Shown one piece after another: positions 1 to 6,861 of a stretch of 43,989 nt of DNA (its first letter is position 1; every line of letters starts with the position of its first letter). The translations under genes were made by a program, and so were the position numbers. This stretch comes from Gemmatimonadaceae bacterium (GTDB lineage Bacteria; Gemmatimonadota; Gemmatimonadetes; Gemmatimonadales; Gemmatimonadaceae). Where the stretch lies: assembly GCA_035764975.1 (NCBI GenBank), contig DASTYL010000137.1:1-43989 (forward strand), in the 5' to 3' direction. The notes below the pieces were generated by a model. That model had not been told where the DNA came from and ran no database searches. It saw nothing but the letters and a program-made list of their open reading frames with translations.

Positions 1-234
1 CAGGTCGCGGCGCCGGAGGTCCATGGCCCGCTGCGCCATCTCGTCGGTGGACATGCCGCCGACGGCGGCCGCGCTGATCAGGGCGCCGATGCTCGTGCCG
101 GTATACCGCACCGGCTCCAGGCCCCGCTCGGCCAGTGCGCGCAGCACGCCGATGTGCGCGAAGCCCTTGAGCCCTCCGCCTCCGAGAACGAGGCCGATGC
201 GCGGGGCGGTGGATGCGGGGGAGGATTCCTTCAT
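1..234 (-). CDS. patatin-like phospholipase (N-terminal 78 aa only; the rest lies outside the window)
   Basis: Reverse-strand translation from the ATG at 234 gives [60 protein letters not shown]... It has the G-G-G-x-K-G oxyanion box and the G-T-S-x-G nucleophile elbow of the patatin family. It is absent from the ORF track because it runs off the edge. Confidence 0.85.
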   Translation of the reverse strand, partial: MKESSPASTAPRIGLVLGGGGLKGFAHIGVLRALAERGLEPVRYTGTSIGALISAAAVGGMSTDEMAQRAMDLRRRDL

Positions 235-297
235 GGGCGAAGACGTAGGGTCGGGCGCGGGCGGCGGGCGGTCGATCTCGGGAGAAACGAGGACGTC

Positions 298-332
298 GGG
301 GGCAGGCCCGCCTGTATCGAGGCCCTGCCCCC
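298..332 (-). terminator. GC-rich hairpin downstream of the small protein gene
   Basis: GGGGGCAGG (298-306) pairs with CCTGCCCCC (324-332): a 9-bp stem with a 17-nt loop, about 17 nt past the stop at 349. The T tract on the minus strand is weak. Confidence 0.3.
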
Positions 333-348
333 GCGCGCCGCCGTGCGC

Positions 349-711
349 TTACTGCAGGTAGTGATACAGGCCGTACAGACCGATGGCAGCGCCGGTGACC
401 ATGATGACCGCGCCTGCGTCACCCCCGATGATCGCGCCGGCGATGAAGGTGCCGAGGCCCACGAACATCAGGGCGCGCGGCTTACCGAGGCCGGCCCGGG
501 ACTGCGTCGCCGTCGCGGGTGCCGCCGCCTCATGGCGGGCCTGGACACCCACCGCAGCGGCGGCAGCCGTCGGTCCCATCGGCATCGTCGCGGACGTCGG
601 CGGATCGTTCGGCCGGACGGGGTCCCCCGTCTCGGCGCGGGCCGATCCGGGCAGGGCAAGGGCGAGTGCGGTGAGTGCGTAGAGCGCTCCCCGACGAACA
701 GTGGCAGACAT
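349..711 (-). CDS. small hypothetical exported/membrane protein
   Basis: From ORF 349..744, with the start moved to the internal ATG (MSATVRRGALYALTALALALPGSARA looks like a signal peptide). Ala/Pro-rich middle and a C-terminal Gly-zipper hydrophobic helix. No family recognised. Confidence 0.5.
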   Translation of the reverse strand: MSATVRRGALYALTALALALPGSARAETGDPVRPNDPPTSATMPMGPTAAAAAVGVQARHEAAAPATATQSRAGLGKPRALMFVGLGTFIAGAIIGGDAGAVIMVTGAAIGLYGLYHYLQ

Positions 712-771
712 GAACAGCTCCGGGTGAAGTGTGCAGTGGTCCAACGGGCGAAAAGTGCGCCACGGTGTTTG

Positions 772-801
772 GTGGCGCCACGGAGTCGTCCGACCTAGAA
801 T
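772..801 (+). promoter_or_regulatory. candidate sigma70-type promoter GTGGCG-N18-TAGAAT upstream of the APC permease
   Basis: TAGAAT at 796-801 and GTGGCG at 772-777. The architecture matches the candidate promoter at 16178-16206. It overlaps a 9-bp bulged hairpin (755-781). Confidence 0.25.
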
Positions 802-853
802 CCTAATCCGCGGCTGCCGGACAACCAGCGCTCACCATCGGATCCTTCCTCAC

Positions 854-2185
854 GTGACCACGAACTCCACGCCGGTAGCCGACGCGGGGCCGCCCCCCGA
901 CGCGCGACTGGTCCGCGCCATCGGCACCATCGGCCTCGCCGCCAGCATCGTCAACGTCACGATCGGGGGCGGGATCTTCCGCCTTCCATCGAGCCCTGAC
1001 GTCGCGGGGCGCCTCGGGGCCGCGGCGCCGCTCGCCTATCTCATCTGTGCAGTGGCGATGGGACTCATCGTGGTCTGCATCGCCGAGGCGGGGAGCCGGG
1101 TGTCGCTCACGGGCGGGCCGTACGCCTATGTGGAAGTGGCGTTCGGACGCTTCGCGGGGTTCCTCGTCGGCGTGCTGCTCTGGCTCACGGGGACGATGGC
1201 ATTCGCCGCCGTCGCGACGATCTTCGTGGACAACGTGGTGCGGTTCGTTCCCGCCATCAGCGGGGCCGGTGGGCGGTTCCTCCTGCTGGCGGCCGTCCTC
1301 GCGGTCCTCGCCGTCGTGAACATCCTCGGCGTGCGTCAGGGCACGCGGCTCAACGCGCTGTCCACCGCGGTGAAGCTCGTGCCGCTGCTCCTCCTCATCG
1401 GGGTGGGGATCTTCGCGATCGAGCCGGCGAACCTTCGCTGGCCCGGGATGCCCGCCGCGGGCGAGCTCTCGCGGGCGTCGATCTTCCTGATCTTCGCGTT
1501 CGCCGGCATCGAGAGCGCGCTCGTGCCGAGCGGGGAAGTGCGTGATCCGGCGCGCACGGTGCCGCGCGCGGTCTTCCTCGCGATGGGCGTGGTGACGGTG
1601 ATCTACATCCTGCTGCACCTGGTCGCGCAGGGCACGCTCGGACCGGCGCTCGTCGGCACGCCCACCCCGCTCGTCGACGCCGCCGGCAAGGCGATGGGCG
1701 GCTTCGGCATCGGCCTGCTCTCGATCGGCGTCGTCCTCTCCACGTTCGGCTACCTGAGCGGCATGACGCTGGCGGTGCCGCGCGCCCTCTTCGCGTTCGC
1801 GCGCGACGGATTCCTGCCGCGGCAGCTCAAGGCGGTCCACGCGCGGTACCAGACGCCGCATATCGCGATCATCACGCAGGTGGTGATCGTCGTCCTGCTC
1901 GCGGCAACCAACGGCTTCGAGTTCCTGGCGATCATCGCCAACGTGGCGGCGCTGCTCGTGTACCTCGGGTGCGCGCTGGCCGCATGGCAGCTTCGCCGCA
2001 CGGGCGTGCGCGCGAGCGGAACGCCGTTCGCCGTGCCCGGCGGCGCCGTCGCCCCGGTGCTCGCAACGATCGTGATCATCGCGCTGCTGTCGTCGATCAC
2101 CCTGCCGGAGTGGAGCCTGCTCGGGATGGTGCTCGCGACGGCGATCCTCATCTACGTCATCAACGTCCGGGCGCGAGAGGCATAG
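854..2185 (+). CDS. APC-superfamily amino acid permease
   Basis: From ORF 731..2185, about 12 predicted hydrophobic helices. N-terminal LVRAIGTIGLAASIVNVTIGGGIFRLPS is typical of the APC family. Start set to the GTG at 854 (VTTNSTP...); the start is uncertain. Confidence 0.85.
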   Translation: MTTNSTPVADAGPPPDARLVRAIGTIGLAASIVNVTIGGGIFRLPSSPDVAGRLGAAAPLAYLICAVAMGLIVVCIAEAGSRVSLTGGPYAYVEVAFGRFAGFLVGVLLWLTGTMAFAAVATIFVDNVVRFVPAISGAGGRFLLLAAVLAVLAVVNILGVRQGTRLNALSTAVKLVPLLLLIGVGIFAIEPANLRWPGMPAAGELSRASIFLIFAFAGIESALVPSGEVRDPARTVPRAVFLAMGVVTVIYILLHLVAQGTLGPALVGTPTPLVDAAGKAMGGFGIGLLSIGVVLSTFGYLSGMTLAVPRALFAFARDGFLPRQLKAVHARYQTPHIAIITQVVIVVLLAATNGFEFLAIIANVAALLVYLGCALAAWQLRRTGVRASGTPFAVPGGAVAPVLATIVIIALLSSITLPEWSLLGMVLATAILIYVINVRAREA

Positions 2186-2190
2186 GGCCC

Positions 2191-3384
2191 GTGACGACCG
2201 ATCCGCTCCTCCGCTTCCGTCCCGAATTCCCGATCCTCGAGACGACCACCTACCTCGTCTCGAACTCGCTCGGTGCCATGCCGCGCACCGTGCCCGATCG
2301 CCTGGCGGAGTACACGCGGGCATGGGCGGAGCAGGGGGTGCAGGCGTGGGCGGGCGGCTGGTGGGAGATGCCGATCCGGGCGGGGAACGCGATCGCGCCG
2401 CTCATCGGCGCGGGAGAGGGCGAAGTCGCCATGATGCCGAACGTGTCGCTCGCGCAGGCGGCCGTCCTCTCGTCGCTGGACTACGACGGCCCGCGCGACA
2501 CGATCGTGATGACGGGGCTCGACTTCCCCTCCGTGCGCTACGTGTACGACGGCCTGGCGGCGCGCCTCGGCGCGAGGATCGTCGTCGTGGAGTCCGACGA
2601 CGGCATCGGGATCGACCTGGAACGCCTGCTCGCCGCCATCGACGAGCGCACGCGCCTCGTCTCGATCTCGCACGTGCTCTTTCGCTCGGCGTACATCATG
2701 GACCTCGAGGCGATCTGCCGGCACGCGCACGATGTCGGAGCGCTGGTATGTGCCGACGCGTTCCACTCGGTCGGCGTGATCCCCGTGGACGTGCGGCGCA
2801 CGGGCGTGGACTTCCTCACCGGCGGCGTCCTGAAGTGGCTCTGCGGCGGGCCGGGCGGCTGCTTCCTGTATGTCGCGCCGGAGATCCGCGACCGGTACGC
2901 TCCGCTCGTCACCGGCTGGCAGGCGCACGAGCGCCCCTTCGCCTTCGAGCCGGAGATGACCTTCACGACCGGCATGGCGCGGTGGTTGAACGGGACCCCC
3001 GGCATTCCCGCGCTGCATGCGGCGACGGAGGGCCCGCGGATCGTCCAGGCGGCGGGGATCGACGCCATCCGGGCGAAGAGCGTGCGCCAGACGACGCGGC
3101 TGATCGAGATGGCAGACGCGCGCGGCTACCGCGTCTCCGCCCCGCGCGACGCCGCGCGGCGCGGGGGCACCGTCGCCTTCGATGTGCCGAATGCCTATGA
3201 GATCGCGCAGCTCCTGCTGGCCGAGCGCGTGATCGTGGACTACCGTCCCGGCGCGGGCATCCGCGTTGCGCCGCACTTCTACACGAGCGACGACGAGCTC
3301 GAGACCTGCGTCGGCGTCATCGACGATGCGCTGCGAACGGGACGCTGGCAGCGGTTCGCGGGGCAGCGGCGGGTGGTGACGTAG
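2191..3384 (+). CDS. kynU: kynureninase-family PLP-dependent hydrolase
   Basis: In frame with ORF 1969..3384, starting at the GTG at 2191. YLVSNSLGAMP matches YLDGNSLG; GGVLKWLCGGPGG matches the PLP-Lys segment C-T-Y-K-Y-L-N-G-G-P-G; TGWQAHERPFAFEP and VIVDYRPGAGIRVAPHFYTS match kynureninase blocks recalled from Pseudomonas KynU. Confidence 0.75.
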   Translation: MTTDPLLRFRPEFPILETTTYLVSNSLGAMPRTVPDRLAEYTRAWAEQGVQAWAGGWWEMPIRAGNAIAPLIGAGEGEVAMMPNVSLAQAAVLSSLDYDGPRDTIVMTGLDFPSVRYVYDGLAARLGARIVVVESDDGIGIDLERLLAAIDERTRLVSISHVLFRSAYIMDLEAICRHAHDVGALVCADAFHSVGVIPVDVRRTGVDFLTGGVLKWLCGGPGGCFLYVAPEIRDRYAPLVTGWQAHERPFAFEPEMTFTTGMARWLNGTPGIPALHAATEGPRIVQAAGIDAIRAKSVRQTTRLIEMADARGYRVSAPRDAARRGGTVAFDVPNAYEIAQLLLAERVIVDYRPGAGIRVAPHFYTSDDELETCVGVIDDALRTGRWQRFAGQRRVVT

Positions 3385-3391
3385 CCGGATG

Positions 3392-3457
3392 CGGGATACG
3401 GGATGCGGGAACTGCAAAACCGATGCGCCGTCCGCCGTTTCCGCATCCCGCATCCTG
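3392..3457. repeat. heptad-built hairpin (GCGGGAT-type arms)
   Basis: Positions 3392-3412 pair with 3437-3457: about 21 bp with one mismatch and a few G-U pairs, and a 24-nt loop. The arms are tandem GCGGGAT/ACGGGAT units facing CCGCATC units. Confidence 0.7.
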
Positions 3458-3462
3458 TATCG

Positions 3463-3605
3463 CTGAGGTCTGTGGTTGACTACAGACGTCGGCCAGTGAC
3501 TGGTCGCACGGACTGATGGGCTCTAGGCTCTCGTCTCTGGTCGTTGGCTCCATATGAAGCCAGAGCCTGAAGCCCAGAGACCAGAGCCTTGCGGCTGTGA
3601 GGCCG
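3463..3605 (-). repeat. dispersed repeat family X, inverted copy
   Basis: The reverse complement is colinear with 43718-43920. Examples: CTCACAGCCGCAAGGCTCTGGTCTCTGGGCTTCAGGCTCTGGCT versus CTCACAGCTCAAGGCTCTTGGCTCTGGGCTTCAGGCTCTGGCT, and AGAGCCCATCAGTCCGTGCGAC...CACAGACCTCAG versus AGAGCCCATCAGTCCGTGAGAC...CACAGACCTCAG. Confidence 0.75.
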
Positions 3606-3614
3606 TTCACTGGC

Positions 3615-3689
3615 GCATCCCGAATCCCGCATCCCGCTTCCCGTTCGGCATCCCGCATCCCGCTTCCCGCTTCCCGTATCCCGTATCCG
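3615..3689 (+). repeat. tandem array of 10 heptads (GCATCCC/GAATCCC/GCTTCCC/GTATCCC) ending at the ATG
   Basis: Counted base by base: units at 3615, 3622, 3629 and 3636; a 5-nt interruption GTTCG at 3643-3647; units at 3648, 3655, 3662, 3669, 3676 and 3683; then the ATG at 3690. There are nine CCC runs, each spaced by 4 nt within the two sub-arrays. Confidence 0.9.
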
Positions 3690-4601
3690 ATGCGCGTCCT
3701 CTCCCTCCTGATCCCCGCCTGCCTCGCCCTGCTGCCGGCATGCAGTGGTGCGCAGTCGTCGCGTGGCGCCGCCGTGCCGGCGCCGCAGACCGCTCGCATG
3801 ACCGCGCTCGCGGCGGCGCTGGACTCGCTCGCTGACGCCCACCGCGGCATCGTGGGCTACAGCATTCGCGTGATCGAGACGGGTGAGCGCATCGAGCGGC
3901 GCGGCGACGAGCCGTTCTCCACCGCGAGCCTGATCAAGGTCCCGATTCTCGTCGCGCTGTTCGATCGCGTGGAGAAGGGCGAGATCGCCCTCGACGACCG
4001 GGTGCGCGTGCTGAAGGCGGACAAGGTGCCCGGCTCCGGCATGCTGCAGTTCTTCCATGACGGGCTCGAGGTCACGATCGCCGATCTCGCCATGCTGATG
4101 ATCTCGATCAGCGACAACACGGCGACGAACCTGCTGCTCGACAAGGTGCCGATGCGGCGGGTCTGGGAGAAGATGGAGGCGCTCGGATTGCCCCGGACGA
4201 AGGTGCATTCCAAGAGCTTCCTCCGGATCACCAGCGTGTCGCCCGACAGCTCCGTGAAGTACGGCCTCGGCGTGACGACGCCGAACGAGATGGCGCAGCT
4301 CTATGCACTCATGGCGGAAGGGCGCGCCGTGAGCCCCAGGGCCGATTCCACGATGCTCGCGATCATGCGGGGGACCCAGGACGACGTGCTCCTGCAGCGC
4401 GAAGCCGGCGGGGTGCGTGCCGCGCACAAGACCGGCGCGACGGACTCGGTGCGCACCGAGTGCACGCTGTGGTCGCTCAAGCAGCAGGTCGTCGCGTGCG
4501 TACTGACGAAGGAGAATCAGGACACGCGGTGGATCACCGACAGCGAGCCGCAGCTCCTCATGGCCGCGATGGGGCGGCGCATCGTCGAGACGTTCCGCTG
4601 A
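3690..4601 (+). CDS. class A beta-lactamase-fold serine hydrolase, lipoprotein
   Basis: In frame with ORF 3597..4601, starting at the ATG at 3690. Signal peptide plus lipobox LLPAC. Motifs S-x-x-K (STASLIK), SDN (ISISDNTAT) and KTG (AHKTGAT). I cannot find a clear omega-loop E-x-x-L-N, so true beta-lactamase activity is not supported. Confidence 0.8.
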   Translation: MRVLSLLIPACLALLPACSGAQSSRGAAVPAPQTARMTALAAALDSLADAHRGIVGYSIRVIETGERIERRGDEPFSTASLIKVPILVALFDRVEKGEIALDDRVRVLKADKVPGSGMLQFFHDGLEVTIADLAMLMISISDNTATNLLLDKVPMRRVWEKMEALGLPRTKVHSKSFLRITSVSPDSSVKYGLGVTTPNEMAQLYALMAEGRAVSPRADSTMLAIMRGTQDDVLLQREAGGVRAAHKTGATDSVRTECTLWSLKQQVVACVLTKENQDTRWITDSEPQLLMAAMGRRIVETFR

Positions 4602-4727
4602 TCGGTCTGCGGGCGCTCGGCCGGAACCGGGGAGAAGATCGCCCCGCGCCCGTCCCTCGCGTCCCCTGGATCCGCCCGGGCATGGCGTATGCCCTGCTGA
4701 GTGCGGCCCCAGCAGAGAGGATCAAAG

Positions 4728-5099
4728 GTGCTTGTCCGTCGTCTCGTCGCATCGCTTGCGCTCGTCGCCGTGGTACCGGCGGCGGCCGCCGCCCAGTTCA
4801 CCACGTTCGTCTCGCCGCCGCAGAAGGTGGACACGGTCGTCCTGCTGGACAGCGCCGGCATGCCCACCCCCGACTCCGTGTCCCGCGCATCCATCGCCAA
4901 CATGAAGGCATGGGTCGACTCGGCAGCGGGCAACGCGGTCGATCTCGCGGCAGCCGATACGCTGCCGTCGCGCACGCCGGCTGGTGACGTCTTCACGGAT
5001 GGCGCGCCCGCGCCCGACACGGCAACGCCGCTGCCCTTCATGCTCGCCATCGGTGCGAGTGCGATCGGCGCCGGCGCATTCCTGCTTCGCCGGCGGTGA
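4728..5099 (+). CDS. small secreted protein with a C-terminal sorting-signal-like tail (putative sortase target)
   Basis: From ORF 4701..5099, starting at the GTG at 4728, which is preceded by AGAGAGGA. Signal peptide VLVRRLVASLALVAVVPAAAAAQ. The C-terminus is APAPDTATPLPFMLAIGASAIGAGAFLLRRR. The stop overlaps the sortase start (GTGA). Confidence 0.6.
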   Translation: MLVRRLVASLALVAVVPAAAAAQFTTFVSPPQKVDTVVLLDSAGMPTPDSVSRASIANMKAWVDSAAGNAVDLAAADTLPSRTPAGDVFTDGAPAPDTATPLPFMLAIGASAIGAGAFLLRRR

Positions 5100-5743
5100 G
5101 CGCAGCCCCGGCACGCAGCGCTGACCGGCACGGCAGGCTCCGGCGCCGGGTCGGGGGCGCGCTCGTCGCCGGGGGGCTCCTGCTCGTGACCTTCGCGTCG
5201 ACGCGGTATGCCGAGGGCGCGGTCCGCGCCGACCGGGTCCGGGAGCAGTGGGAGATCGAGCGCGCTCACGCCGCGGTGGCGCGGATTCGCCAGGGGAATG
5301 TGGACCGGTACGGCGCCTTGGGGTTCGAGCCGGGCGCCCCGGTCGCAAGGCTGCGCATCCCGCGGCTCGGTCTCGACGAGATCGTGGTCGAAGGCGTGGG
5401 GGTCGAGGAGCTCAACGTCGGGCCCGGCCACCTTCCGGGCAGCGTGCTTCCCGGGGAGTCAGGCAACGCCGTCATCTCGGCGCACCGGGACCGGCACTTT
5501 CTGGAGCTCGGCCGGCTCGCCATCGGCGACACGGTTGCCACCGAAGTCGGACCGCACGAGACCCGTTGGATCGTCGTGAGCCGGCGGGTCGTCGGCGCGG
5601 GGGCGCCCGCGTTGTTCCAAGCCGAGGAGCCGACGCTCACCCTCACCACCTGCTGGCCGATCCGGTTCTTCGGTCCGGCCCCGGACCGGCTCATCGTGAC
5701 CGCGCGGCCGCTGGACGCGCCCCGGCCCGCCAAGCGGTCGTAA
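5096..5743 (+). CDS. sortase-family cysteine transpeptidase
   Basis: N-terminal TM anchor (VGGALVAGGLLLVTFAS). His in VISAHRD, Cys in TLTLTTCWP, Arg in LIVTARP. Confidence 0.8.
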   Translation: MSAAPARSADRHGRLRRRVGGALVAGGLLLVTFASTRYAEGAVRADRVREQWEIERAHAAVARIRQGNVDRYGALGFEPGAPVARLRIPRLGLDEIVVEGVGVEELNVGPGHLPGSVLPGESGNAVISAHRDRHFLELGRLAIGDTVATEVGPHETRWIVVSRRVVGAGAPALFQAEEPTLTLTTCWPIRFFGPAPDRLIVTARPLDAPRPAKRS

Positions 5744-5810
5744 GCTGCTTCGCTCAAAGGATTTATCGGCGCTCTGACAGCGCCGCATCCCTTCCGTTAG
5801 TTTTTGACGA

Positions 5811-6743
5811 GTGACCTCTTCACTTCGTGTGCTCCCCCGGATCGCGGCGGCACTGGCCGCTCGCCGGCCGGTGGTCGCGCTGGAGAGCTCCGTCCTGGCT
5901 CAGGGCCTCCCGATTCCGGCGAATCGCCGGGCTGCCGAGCGCATGGTCGGGGCAGTCGAGGATGCCGGGGCGATCGCGGCGATCACCGCCGTGGTCGAAG
6001 GGACTCCGACCGCCGGCCTCACGGAGGTGGAGCTCGAGCGGTTTCTCAGGCGGGACGGCGTTCGGAAGGTCTCGGCACGCGACCTCGCGACGGCGATGGT
6101 GCGGCGCGCCGACGGGGCCACCACGGTGGCGGCGTCGCTCCGCCTTGCGGCGCTGGCAGGGATCGAAGTCTTTGCCACAGGGGGAATCGGCGGAGTTCAC
6201 CGCCAGTTTGCAGGCAGCACGGAGACATCATACGACGAGAGCGCCGATCTCGTGGAGCTTGGGCGGTCGCCGGTCATCGTCGTCTGCGCGGGCGCCAAGT
6301 CGATCCTCGATCTTCCGGCGACCTGGGAGCGGCTCGAGACCCTCGGGGTGGCGGTCGTCGGCTACCGCACCTCCGAATTGCCGGGGTTCTTCACGGCGGA
6401 GACCGGAATTCCGCTGACCGCCCGAGCGGAGTCGGCCGCCGAGGTCGCCGCGCTGTTCCGGGCGGAGCGAAGCCTGGGCCGACCGGGGGCGCTGGTGGTC
6501 GTCCAGCCGCCGCCGGAGGAGCATCGGCTTCCGGTGGACAAGGTGGATGGGGCGGTGGAGCGCGCGCTCGCGCATGCAGCCGCCGACGGTGTGGCGGGAT
6601 CGGGAGTGACCCCCTACCTGCTCGCCGCCGTCGAGCGGGAGACCCGCGGGGAGTCCCTGGAGGTGAATCTCGCGCTGTTGGAGGCGAACGCGCGCCTCGC
6701 CGGCGAGATCGCAGCGGCACTGGAAGGAACCCGGCCGAATTGA
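5811..6743 (+). CDS. psuG: pseudouridine-5'-phosphate glycosidase
   Basis: VVALESSVLAQGLP, GATTVAAS, FATGGIGGVHR and VVCAGAKSILDLPAT closely match E. coli YeiN/PsuG blocks. GTG start. Confidence 0.9.
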   Translation: MTSSLRVLPRIAAALAARRPVVALESSVLAQGLPIPANRRAAERMVGAVEDAGAIAAITAVVEGTPTAGLTEVELERFLRRDGVRKVSARDLATAMVRRADGATTVAASLRLAALAGIEVFATGGIGGVHRQFAGSTETSYDESADLVELGRSPVIVVCAGAKSILDLPATWERLETLGVAVVGYRTSELPGFFTAETGIPLTARAESAAEVAALFRAERSLGRPGALVVVQPPPEEHRLPVDKVDGAVERALAHAAADGVAGSGVTPYLLAAVERETRGESLEVNLALLEANARLAGEIAAALEGTRPN

Positions 6744-6794
6744 GCGGCCGGGGGTACCAGCACGAGATGGTGAACATCGGTGGCATCGCGGCTG

Positions 6795-6824
6795 TTGAAC
6801 TTGCCGGCCACCGGGTGGTATATA
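6795..6824 (+). promoter_or_regulatory. candidate sigma70-type promoter TTGAAC-N18-TATATA for the TPR/ABC/M16 operon
   Basis: TTGAAC at 6795-6800 and TATATA at 6819-6824. AGGAGA at 6855-6860 precedes the ATG at 6862. Confidence 0.4.
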
Positions 6825-6861
6825 GGCAGCAGTCCCACGAGAGCAGGAGGCCTCAGGAGAA

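Larger units (their letters stand above)
3386..3689. repeat. composite MITE-like repeat block bounded by 25-nt imperfect terminal inverted repeats
   Basis: The left end (3386-3410) is CGGATGCGGGATACGGGATGCGGGA. The reverse complement of the right end (3665-3689) is CGGATACGGGATACGGGAAGCGGGA, 23/25 identical. The block starts 2 nt after the TAG at 3382-3384 and ends at the base before the ATG at 3690. Confidence 0.7.

Noticed and set aside
755-781. A 9-bp bulged hairpin (GTGCGCCAC ... GTGGCGCCAC) in the divergent region upstream of the first APC permease, considered as a riboswitch or attenuator.
   Set aside because: It is too short and matches no riboswitch class I can recognise. It overlaps the candidate -35 box, so at most it is an operator-like palindrome.
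803-2323. A 506-aa minus-strand ORF opposite the APC permease. Similar long antisense or alternate-frame ORFs include 2152..3453, 6853..8118, 10848..12149, 13462..15141, 29030..30307, 30740..32638, 31972..33207, 34207..35502, 40081..41151 and 42242..43291.
   Set aside because: All are antisense to, or out of frame with, genes that carry clear family motifs. Their translations are RDEH/RPG-rich with no recognisable domains.
3597-3689. An upstream in-frame GTG extension of the beta-lactamase-fold gene, translating the heptad array as ASRIPHPASRSASRIPLPASRIPYP.
   Set aside because: The 7-aa periodicity is just three 7-nt units read in frame. The extension would sit in front of a perfectly good signal peptide and lipobox that begins at the ATG at 3690.
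3386-3689. Whether the repeat-rich regions (3386-3689, 20632-20715, 43644-43989) could be CRISPR arrays.
   Set aside because: There is no regular repeat-spacer periodicity of 25-40 nt repeats with unique spacers. The units are 7-nt tandems, single hairpins or ~170-nt units, and no cas genes are present.
3690-4601. Calling the SxxK/SDN/KTG protein an antibiotic-resistance beta-lactamase.
   Set aside because: I cannot locate the omega-loop Glu/Asn (ExxLN) expected of true class A enzymes, and many such lipoproteins are non-resistance serine hydrolases. It is reported only as beta-lactamase-fold.
5027-5099. Reading the C-terminus of the 123-aa protein as a PEP-CTERM/exosortase signal (PLP in place of PEP, then a TM segment and RRR).
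   Set aside because: No exosortase or EPS locus is in the window, and the gene is translationally coupled to a sortase, which is the more economical explanation. This is kept as the stated alternative that could refute the sortase-target finding.
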